Positions 1 to 10,484 of a stretch of DNA of 64,000 nucleotides are shown piece by piece (position 1 is the stretch's first letter; the number at the start of each line of letters is the position of its first letter). The DNA lies in NCBI GenBank assembly GCA_012295275.1, contig CM022668.1:7130001-7194000 (forward strand), read 5' to 3'. The DNA is from Chrysomallon squamiferum (Eukaryota; Animalia; Mollusca). Below the pieces are notes generated by a model. The model made no database searches, was not told where the DNA came from, and saw only the letters and a list, made by a program, of their open reading frames with translations. The position numbers and the translations under genes are program-made.

Positions 1-292
1 CTTTTCAGACAAATTTATAATGAAAATAAAATAAAATTTTAATACATCTTCTAGAAATATTTATCTTTCATACAGCATATAATACAAACTAAAATAATAC
101 CATTTATTTACAAATATTCACATAACCCTGTTTATCACTGGTATTCAAGTTCAAACAGTAAATATTCTTGCAATAAAAATTAAACATGACCAAACATTTA
201 CTATTATTAAAAAATTAATAACAAACATATATTCTACTTGAGAGAAAAACCTATGCCGTAGATATCCATTCGAGGTTTCTGCTAAAACTTAC

Positions 293-526
293 CCCGTAAG
301 ACCTCCACTATAAGTTCAAGGTTGTTAGTAAGCTTCTGGACCTGGTTGAAGTTGGCCACGGTGGTGATGGCAACGTACTGGTCGGGGTCCATCTGCGACT
401 GAAGGTAGGAGTCGTGGACGAGGTTTTCGCGAGAGAAGTAGTACTCGAGCTGATGTCGCAGCATCTGCCGCAACTGATCAGCTGGTATCGTGCCCTCGAG
501 TGGGCCTGTCCCATCCTCCGTCGACG
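293..526 (-). CDS. LARP4: LARP4/4B-family exon encoding the La motif (gene continues left of the window)
   Basis: Acceptor tttcag at 527-528 and donor G|GTAAG at 292. Phase 1/1 translation [77 protein letters not shown] carries the LARP4-type La motif (QLEY.FSRENL..D.YL.SQMD.DQYV.I.TVAN). Confidence 0.95.
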
Positions 527-2651
527 CTGAAATAATTAATTAAAAAAAACTTATTACATCAATATCTAACAACACCAGTGCATAACATCAACTGTTCTTA
601 CATTTCCTAAAAGTCATCCTTTCATGCATTTCTTGTACAGTATCAATTTTTATAAAAATAAGGCTGTTGATATTCCTTGTACAATATCGACATTTCTTTT
701 ACAGTATCAGTGTCTCTTGCATAATAGTAACAGAAAAATAATAACATCAGTGAAGGAAACTCATTATATCCACAGACATTATCAGTTTGGAGAGCAACAT
801 GTTCTTCACAAGTTTTTACTTGTAACATCTGAGGTTGAGGCTGGACTGGCCAAACAAGCACATTATTAGATAAGAGTATTTTGCATGCCCTCACCGCAGA
901 GCCAGTTATGTAACAAGTAATCTAGTAATATACTGTAACAGACACGATTCATTATAGGTTATTGATTTAAAAAAGTAAATAAACAGATAAAAGAATAATA
1001 AAGTGCAGCAGAGGTCATGCCACATGTTTCAAGTACATTTATTTAATCAGTAAGATGAATTACAATGAACTGAAGCTTGGTGGAATATTTTAATCGTATT
1101 TTAAATAATGTTTGAAATTCACATTAATCAATAAACTGCCTTCTTTTTTACAATTTCTGTTGCTTGGAGAAAGTGAAAACTCTCAGAAATTTTTATTTTT
1201 TATTTTTAAACATTTAAAAAAATAAATAAAAAAAAATAATAAAAAAAAATAAAAATAAGATATTAGTTCTGGATATTCAAGGATGAAATATAAACACCCC
1301 CTCCAAACTAACTATTAACAATTGTGAGTTAAACAGATGCTTAATAATTTTTATGGTAACAAGGTGTGGCATAATCAAACTGGTATTTTATTTAGGTTTT
1401 AATAAAAACAGCAACAATATCTGAATTTATGCAACTATAATTAACCTCCATTCATCAATTCTGGATTATGATGGCTCTAACATAATTTACTGTCTTTTTG
1501 TAAGAGAAAAGAAACATGCCATTTCTTCTATTCAAGCTGGTTAACAGCAAAGGAATTATAAATAAACAGACACAAGCACTTTAAAATTTGAGTTTTGTAA
1601 TGTACAGAAGTTTAAGCTGCAACAAATATCTTATAATTTTAATGGTACTGAACCACATCATAAATGTATTGGTATGAACGAACTATAGGCATGCTATAAA
1701 GATTTTATTTTATTCATAATACGAAAATCTTATTAAAACCTTTTTTTTTTTTTTTTAAACTGGCAGAAACACCAGTGGTATTCACCATATATGTTAACAA
1801 TGACAGATGCTATAAAACAAAGTACACAACTTCAGATTAAAACGTTTGACCATTAACAATAAAGTTTGCTATTATAAACAATTTGTTGTTGTTTTTTGGT
1901 TGAATATGTATGTGTCACAGCTGCGAGGTATCATGAATAAATACAACTATGAGTGAACTGTTCAATATTGAAATCAACAAAAATTAGTCATTCTGTTTCT
2001 GTTTCAATTCTGCATTTTGCATAATTCTGGAAGTTTATTTCATTAGTAATATGTTTGAAAGAATTTAAAAATATGGTACAATTTAATATTTATCAAAAGA
2101 ATAGATAAATAAAAAAAAATAAAAAAAAATAGACTGATAAATAATTAAACAATTAATTCTGGTCTTTTTCTGAAACTTTTTTGAATTATCTGAATCAGTA
2201 ATATGTCATAAAAAAATAAATGAATAAATAAATAAACCAATAAAACAATAAATAAAAAAAATAAAAAAAATAAATGAATGCTACGTTAAACCATGTTTAA
2301 TATTAACAGTTAAACTAGCCACCTGAAACAACGCCAGTGTGATCCATGCTTTTAGATGTTTCTCTAAATCTGTTAGCAAATTCTTACCACATTTAGAATA
2401 ATTGTCTAAACAGGCAGTTGACTGGCTGTTTTCTCTGGCACCAGTATGAAAAGTAATGTCCACAGATTAAAACATTACAGCAGACCTGATGCTTTTTAGA
2501 ATGATTTTAACAAATGAATGCTCTACAAAACTTCAGTAGAAAATTTACTCTTCTTCTGGTTATACTTTATTGTTAACAAAGATTGGACAGCAATGAACGG
2601 GAAGAAAATGTCATTAGGAAATACATGGAACTTGTTTAAAGATTCACTTAC

Positions 2652-2813
2652 TTGTTGAAGCATTGTCGTTAGGTGGTGCTGGTGAAGATGGCTGATTGTC
2701 AACGAAGACGGGGAGGTCGGCAACATCGCTGTTGGACAGCGGAGAGTCTGGGGTTGGAGGAATGACTGCAGCTGTGTGCACCTTCACGTCTCCATTTATC
2801 AGCTGACAGTCAA
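2652..2813 (-). CDS. LARP4: LARP4 exon, Pro/Ser-rich linker between PAM2 and La motif
   Basis: ttttcag acceptor (2814-2815) and GTAAGT donor (2651). 162 nt, phase 1/1, open frame DCQLINGDVKVHTAAVIPPTPDSPLSNSDVADLPVFVDNQPSSPAPPNDNAST; joins both neighbouring exons in frame. Confidence 0.85.
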
Positions 2814-2866
2814 CTGAAAACAGAGAGATGACTTGACTATGATGATGATTAATAATGACAGTAATG

Positions 2867-2923
<57 letters not shown>

Positions 2924-3504
2924 TATTTAAAGTGGACTAGATGTAATTATGTGATACAGGATAGGCCTGAGACACAGGTAATGGGGTCAATTGTCTTCAA
3001 AGGATCAATTGATTTATTTCCCATTAAAGTAATTTTTTTATGTAGAACATTTATAATCATGATAATAAACCAGCCAATAATTTAATTTAGTATATAAAAT
3101 GTAACATCAGTTTGAAGTTTCCTCAAATTTTAGAAAATCTTACTATATTATAATGAATTAAACAAAACAAAATTATAGTTTAAAAAAAAAAAAAAAAAAA
3201 AAAATAAACAATTTAAAAATTAATGAAAATAAAAATAAAATAAATTAAATTTTGAATATATGGTAATGAATTCAACAAAAAACAATAATAAAAAAAAAAA
3301 ATAAAAAGAAATAAAAAATAAAAAATCATAAAATTAATAATGAAAATTAAAATTAAAAAATTAATAAAATAATTAAGTAAACTTTATTTTCCGTATACTA
3401 CTTATTATTTTTTTTAAATGAACGGGTTTACCTATAATGTTGGTTAAGTAATTTATTTATTTATTTATTTTTAATATGGTTTATTTCAGTTCAGTGATGT
3501 TCTA

Positions 3505-3637
3505 GAATGTTTAAAACTAGTCAACAATGCCTGGTTCATGAGAAACCAGAAACATTCTGAGCCAGTTTCAAGTTAATGTTGCATTCAGCCCTTCTCTGAG
3601 GACCCATGGAAGTGGGCCAGCAGTACACAAGAATGCA
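3505..3637 (-). ncRNA. Box H/ACA snoRNA, copy A (predicted 18S Psi1692-equivalent guide, SNORA70-like function)
   Basis: Sense to LARP4. Hairpin GCATTC...GAATGC, H box ACATTA, second hairpin TGAAAC...GTTTTA, then ACA + 3 nt. Pocket strands TGTGTA and AAGGGC pair with 18S GCCCUU(Psi)G-UACACA, 14 nt from the H box. Confidence 0.88.
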
Positions 3638-3955
3638 GGTTTTATCAGTCTTAACCAAAAAATTTATTCTAATATAAAATTTACAAGTCTTTATTTTTAG
3701 AATTTAAAAGACTAAAAAACAAAAAGAAAAAAGAAAATAAAAGAGAACAAAAAAAGGTATTTATTATTAAAGCATCTACAAGTTTCACTAATACACCATG
3801 GCTGTTAATAATTTAAGGTCACAATACATTTTGATGGTCCATAAAAAAGGTTCAGTTTCTAAATGAAACTGATAGGTGAAACAAGTTTCCTCTCATTACA
3901 GAATCACAATAATAGTCCCTACAAAAATTAACAATACAAAACAAAAACACAGCTA

Positions 3956-4248
3956 CAGGTTGAGAATCCCTTATCTGAAGTTCGGAAATCCAAAACCTTT
4001 TCTAACAGCAAACATTCTGATATATTTCAGTTTTTAGATTGTTTTGCAAACACAAATTTTATTTTATGACTAAAATTATTCAAATCATTATATAAAAAAT
4101 CCTACAGATAATTTATATAAGCTGTTCATGAAACAAACATAATTTGTATTTAGTCTGAGACCCTATTCTAAGGCCCTATCATCAAAAATTCTAAAAATTC
4201 AGAAATGCTTCTGGTCCCAAGCATTTCAGATAAAAGACTGTCAATCTG
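3956..4248. mobile_element. Non-autonomous pogo/Tigger-type DNA transposon (MITE), Tigger4/Zombi-like
   Basis: TA target-site duplication on both sides and imperfect terminal inverted repeats CAGGTTGAGAATCCCTTATCTGAA ... TTCAGATAAAAGACTGTCAATCTG. The subterminal CTTCTGGTCCCAAGCATTTC matches Tigger4/MER46 as I recall it. Confidence 0.8.
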
Positions 4249-4920
4249 TAACATGGATATGATGCAATGAAAACAGTTTTATTTTACTTTCAACAAAAAT
4301 AACATCTGTCTGGTATTTCTAAATCATAAACATCAGACTAGACAATTTGTAATGTATTAAAATTTTATTTTCGCAGATAACCTGGCTGAATTTTTTTCTT
4401 CTTTTTAAAATAAATGTAATTAAAATAAATCATCCCCAGTACAACTGACAGGATTTTATTTAACAATGTAACAAAACACCTGTGTTTAAATGTCACAGTA
4501 TGTATCACACTACTTAAACATCTATTAAATCCTAGTAGCATTAATTGAATACAAGTTTGTTCAGTAATACAGCAACACAATGTGAACAGCCATAAAACCA
4601 TTTTATGCATATTTTTCATTTACCTGATAAAAAATAAAAATTCTGAACTTTCAGTATTAATAATTATTCAGCATTAATACAATGAACTAAGAAAAAAATG
4701 GTGTATTTTCAGTTGGTTACTCTTTATATGGATTAGCAAGAAAGAATATTTAAAGAACACCTTGCCATAGACAGAAAAAACATCTACACTAAGTTAAATT
4801 GGACTGAGTAAGGATTGGGATGAGAAATGGCCCAGTGCATATTCTGCATGTCAGTACTTACCAACAAGTTATAGCCAGTACTAAACTATTAAACAACATA
4901 TGTTTGTTAGTATCCAAGTT

Positions 4921-5059
4921 ACATGTTCCAAAAAGACAATACAACATACTGGTATACAAAGACCAGAATCAGATTTTGAAATTTTTATTTTGAAGTTAAT
5001 GTTGCATTCAGCCCTTCTCTGAGGACCCATGGAAGTGGGCCAGCAGTACACAAGAATGC
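4921..5059 (-). ncRNA. Box H/ACA snoRNA, copy B (most divergent 3' hairpin)
   Basis: Same 67-nt 5' hairpin/H-box module (4993-5059). The 3' hairpin TTCAAAA...CTGGT-loop-ACCAG...TTTTGGA is followed by ACA-TGT. Confidence 0.8.
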
Positions 5060-5146
5060 CGAAAATTTTATTATTAAAATATTTATATGTATACAAATTG
5101 ATTATTTTTTTTATATTACACTGGTGGTGGTGGTGGGGAAATAATA

Positions 5147-5198
<52 letters not shown>

Positions 5199-5469
5199 TT
5201 CAGGTTAGCCTGAAATTTCAAATTTACAGAATGATCATTCTCATGGTGTATCTTTTCTTTCTTTCATACTTTGTTCAAGTCACATTTAGTGTGACTGTAT
5301 ACTTTATCAGCATCAGTTGTATATACACAGAAAGATATACATTCAAGATTTCTTCGTGCTGATTGACAAGAGTGATCAAGTGCCAAAAGCCAGTTTCATA
5401 AGCAAACATATATCAACATCCAGATGGGTTGTTTTTTTTGTTCCAGATAAATAAAATTCAGTAACTTTA

Positions 5470-5601
5470 CGATGTCTGAAACCAATCAGCTATACCTGGT
5501 TTTTAGAAATCAGAAATAAACTGAGTTAGTTTCAAGTTAATGTTGCATTCAGCCCTTCTCTGAGGACCCATGGAAGTGGGCCAGCAGTACACAAGAATGC
5601 A
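5470..5601 (-). ncRNA. Box H/ACA snoRNA, copy C
   Basis: Identical 67-nt module (5534-5600); 3' hairpin TGAAAC...GTTTCA, then G, ACA + 3 nt; 132 nt. Confidence 0.9.
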
Positions 5602-5912
5602 GATAAAATTATAATTGAAATATTAAAAATTACTTTATTTTAATTAAAATATTTGCGTTGATAGTGTATAGGTATATATATATATATATAAAGAGGTAAA
5701 TTTATATAGAATGATCATTCTTTAGTACTTTGATTAAAAAGAAAAAATGTTTTATAAATTCCAAAATTGGACTGCATTAGTTTATATTTTTAGAGAGTTC
5801 AATACTATTTAACTGTTGTAGGACATTTCTTAATAGAATATTGTAATGAGTAACATTTATCATTTAAAATAAATATACATTATTTTTTTTTTTTCTGATG
5901 CTGCAAGAAAGC

Positions 5913-5957
<45 letters not shown>

Positions 5958-6356
5958 GCTTATTTATTTATTTATTTATTTATTTATTGTCATCTACACA
6001 TGTTGCATGTCTATGTTAGGTTGCTGGCCTTAGGCTAAGGCATTGTGTATCACTATATCAAATCCTGCCCATCAAGCTATTTAATGTCACTGTGCACATA
6101 TATACTTTATCAGTATCAGTAGCATGTCTACAGAGATATATGTGCAAAAGATTTCTTCACACTAACTGACTATATTAGACCAAGTGCCAAAAACCAGTTT
6201 CATCTATGTTTTACCATTTAACAAGCAAACATTTCAAATACCAACCATAATTAATATGAAAACATCTGTTGTCTATGAATAGTTACTAAGGACACTGCAG
6301 CTAATTGAAAATTCAAGATATTTTTATTTTTGTTTGTATGTCATTCAGCAACTTTA

Positions 6357-6488
6357 TGATGTCTGAAACCAATCAGCTATACCTGGTTTTTAGAAATCAG
6401 AAATAAACCGAGTCAGTTTCAAGTTAATGTTGCATTCAGCCCTTCTCTGAGGACCCATGGAAGTGGGCCAGCAGTACACAAGAATGCA
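6357..6488 (-). ncRNA. Box H/ACA snoRNA, copy D
   Basis: Identical 67-nt module (6421-6487). Its 3' hairpin differs from copy C by two A-U to G-U changes; ACA + 3 nt; 132 nt. Confidence 0.9.
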
Positions 6489-6675
6489 AAACAAATTTAG
6501 AAATCTCAACAAGTGAATTTCTCCTTAGCCATTTTAATCATCTACACTTTGCCTGTTTTTAAACTGAAATAAAATCTGAGAAATCTGACTTAATGTATTT
6601 AATACAGAGGTGTGATGTAACAAACATACTTCCTAATATTAGTAAAAACAAAAATTAAAAAATAAAACAACTTAC

Positions 6676-6805
6676 CAGCTTCACCATCTCCAATATCTGA
6701 CCCTGCGTTGTCCCACTGCTGTGATGTCGTAGAATCAGGCGATGTTGGAGATTTGCTTAGGAAGACGTTGGCATTAGGATTGAGGCCAGGGCTTTTGGGT
6801 GTGAC
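6676..6805 (-). CDS. LARP4: LARP4 exon with PAM2 (PABP-interacting) motif
   Basis: ttttag acceptor (6806-6807) and G|GTAAGT donor (6675). 130 nt, phase 0/1, VTPKSPGLNPNANVFLSKSPTSPDSTTSQQWDNAGSDIGDGEA; GLNPNANVF is a PAM2 motif. Confidence 0.92.
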
Positions 6806-8140
6806 CTAAAACACAGAATATAAAATAAATTTGAGACACAGAGAAATTGCAGAATATATAAATTGGATAATATATAAACAAATATAATCAAACAATTAAT
6901 AACCCATTGTGTAATTAAAAAATGATAGACATTTTAAAAGACATCTGTATTTCAGATTCAGATTTCTGGTAATCTTCCCAGCTACAGACAAAAAAAAAAA
7001 AAAAAAAAAATCCATATCCACACCCTTATATTCTGGGCATGTTAATCATTTTAAATAAAAACTGGGTTTGATAAAATTATTAACTGGAACTGCATAAATT
7101 TTAATTCAATATTTAAACAACTGGTTATGTAAACATTTTAAACATTGACCTTTGATTGGTATTTAAAATGTAAACACTGCTACATTTTATACACGAACTT
7201 TGTCATACAAACAACCCTTTGTTGTCTGGGGACATACATAAAAAAAAAAAAAAAAAAAAACCTCAACAACACTGAAGATTTTATAAATGCTACAGATAGA
7301 TAGAGAGACAGTCACAGAGACAGAGCGAGATGGGAACAGAAGACAAAAATCTATTTCCAATTCCAACTCTTTATCTATACAAAATTCCTTTATGTTAATC
7401 CATAAAAACATTTCACTCACTCCACCATCATACAAGCCACCAATAAATTATTGATGTATACTGAGATGCTAAATATTCACTTGATAACATCCCTATCTGG
7501 ATAGGTTTGTCAGAAACTAAGTTTAAAAATAAATAAAGAGTCTAAAAAAAGACTGATGCACCATACCAAAGCTGGCTTATTTTAATTTTCTCTGACAAAT
7601 AGCAAGATCTAATCATTCATGTGTTAAAGTCTTGAGCACACATGACGATGACTTTAACCTATCAGTATGTAAAGGTCTGGCCACTGCTATTTACAAAAAA
7701 TCTTATCACTTCGGTATTAGAAAGCTAGAGAGGAAAGTTGACTGAATTTATCAGTGACTGATGTACTTGCGTCAATGTGGCTTGATTTCAGTCTTGGGAA
7801 ATTACAGTAATCTAAGAAAAACATTTTTTTTTTTTTTTAAATTTGAAAATTCTGATCTTTTTGTTTTCATTTTCAGGTTGGATCTAGATAAAACATTATC
7901 TCAGAAAAAAGATGACACATGACTGATTCTTTTTTAAAGTGTCTTATTAATGCAGTCCACACAAACGCATACAGAGCTAGACAGACACACAGACAAAAAA
8001 TACATAATGTAAGCTTTAAATTGTTTTATAGGACGACCAAATGTTTTTTAAACGTGAAAGTTGTTGTTGCAGACATCAGCTGGTTTTTGGGCTGTCCTGT
8101 TGACATTCCATTTAAAAATATATATTAATTCAGTTTTAGT

Positions 8141-8238
8141 AAAAATAAAAATAAAAATAAAAATAAAAATAAAAATAAAAATAAAAATAAAAATAAAAAT
8201 AAAAATAAAAATAAAAATAAAAATAAAAATAAAAATAA
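8141..8238. repeat. (AAAATA)n hexanucleotide microsatellite
   Basis: Direct reading; source of the poly-KI ORF. Confidence 0.95.
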
Positions 8239-8659
8239 ATGGATAATGAAACCAAATAAAAATCAGGGGGAAAATAACCAGAACAATAAATTTTGATGCA
8301 ATAAAGAGTCAGCTGTTTCTATCTGGTATGAAAATCAGCAATATTTAGCTATTTATTAACTTAATTATTTATATCATTTTTACAGTTTGCATTTTCCTCT
8401 TATCTTTCATTCCAAATAATTTTATTAAACAGAAAACAGTAGCAATAAAGATATTTTCTGGTCATGGCCAAATGCATAAAATAACAGCAATATGGCATAT
8501 TACAGGTTATCTAAGTGTTAATGTTAAAATTAATTACCATATTTATTATAAAAAATACAGATCTCTTTAGCATTTCTATGTTAAATGGTTCTACTCATTT
8601 TAAGTATTGGTTCACTTAATCAAACATATCCCGTGCCAAGAAGTTAATCCACCCTCCTC

Positions 8660-9065
8660 TGGGCTTACTCCTGTAGATATTGAACAACATTTACAGTACA
8701 GATTAGTCCATCTACACTATATAGAGGCTCACAATATGAATGTTTGTTGCTTATTCCTTATGAAATATGGTACCAATATTGGCAACAAATTAATCTGCCT
8801 ACACAATACACATGTTCTGGGCTTATTCCTGATGATGAATGATACCAATATTTATAACAAATTAATCTACGTACAAAATACACATGTTCTGGGTTTATTC
8901 CTGATAAAGGATGGTACCAATATTTATAACAAATTAATCTACCTACACAGTACAGATGACACTGGCTTATTCCTAGTGAAGTACAGTACAAATATTCGTA
9001 ACAGATTAGTCTGCATACACAATATATGGTCTGGGTTTATTCCTTGTGAAGTACGGTACTAATAT
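8660..9065. repeat. 72-bp tandem minisatellite, about 5-6 degenerate units
   Basis: The TTATTCCT anchor recurs at 8751, 8823, 8895, 8967 and 9037, with a variant at 8665. Confidence 0.9.
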
Positions 9066-10427
9066 GTATAAGTAATTTATGACTAACTAAAGTACAGTGA
9101 CCTTCATCAGGGTCCATCTAGCACATCGTGTAATTTATGATAATGTATTCCTGCTTAGTTTGGATTAACCTTTCCAGTTTACGACTGTAACAATGAAAAT
9201 GATTGATAATTTGAGTAATGAATTATGAAACAACAACACCTCAGAACATTACGACTGAATGTTTTATGACATTTAACATATCTTAATAAATTGTTATAGC
9301 TAAAAAATGTGACTTGGCATTATGATGGAATGATGGGAACTAACCAGAGGGAACTAACCAGAGCTAACCAACCATAAGCTCTCTAAAATATGCAGCAAAG
9401 CATCTTCTACAAGCATCTTCCCATCAAAAATTCACAAAAGAAATGCCAAAAAACAGAAAAGCATTTTTTTTTTTTTATTTTTTTTACACACATGCACAGT
9501 GCTAGTAATTTATGTAAGTATTAATTTCTGGTAATCTGAATAAATATAGTCTGAGGTTTTGTATTTTTCAGGTATCTTTGTGGTGGACTGATATGATTAC
9601 TGTGAATATTAAATATGCCACTTATTTTTTGTAATAATTTATGTCTAAACATTTCAGTTTAAATAAATACATTTTGAGATTTTGTATTTTTCTAAAATAT
9701 TTTCGACTGACACTAAATATGGAAACCATTGATGTTCATTAAATATTATTTAAATTCTGTTCAGTTACCTCTCTTGTGTTTTAATTAAGTTTTAAAAGCA
9801 CTTATATTAATGTTGCCTTTTAAACTTTACTTTGTGCCATTCCGAGCTTTACTGGATGTAAGTAATTATAAATTAATTGGCAAGTAAATAACCAGAAAGT
9901 TTAGTAATAATAAAATTGTGTTTCTCTTTAGTATCACATATAAATGAATTTAACTGGAAATAAATAAAAGCCTTAAAATCAATTGATACTTTTTTTTTTT
10001 TTTTTTTTTAATATCAAGTTTTATATATAAAGCTTTATTTAAATTAACAGATGTAACATATGATCTATAATGGATAAAAGTTATAGCTTTCAAAAAAAAA
10101 ATTTCAAATAATAAAATTTGCAAATTTATACATGCATTTAACATAATAATAATAATATGAAGACTGGAATAAATGTAAATGAATACATGAAATATAAATA
10201 TATATATATATATATATATAAACTCTGCCAAAGCATAAAAATTAAAACTGAACGATATTTGATGCTGTGAACAGATAGAGATCTAACAACTTAAATGTAC
10301 ATTAAAACTGGAAAAATAAAAATTCAAAATGGTGAATCCAGGTGCAGTTTGTAAACAAACTAAGCGGACATTTCTGCTGCACAGTACAGGTAATACGGAG
10401 CACATGGTCAAGTCAGTGACGGGTTAC

Positions 10428-10484
10428 CGCGGTGACGAGAAAATCACGATGTTCAAACACTTGACAAGCCCTGCTTTCCGCCAT
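10428..10484 (-). CDS. LARP4: Candidate alternative first coding exon of LARP4 (MAESRACQVFEHRDFLVTA)
   Basis: AACATGGCGG start context, 19 codons, GCG|GTAACC donor in phase 0, inside a small CpG-retaining island (about 10330-10540). Confidence 0.4.

Noticed and set aside
3570-6487. The four identical 67-mers read as a CRISPR array, miRNA cluster or transposon
   Set aside because: Spacing is irregular (0.5-1.4 kb), the hairpin has a large internal loop unlike a pre-miRNA, and there are no terminal repeats or target-site duplications. H and ACA boxes plus 18S complementarity explain them.
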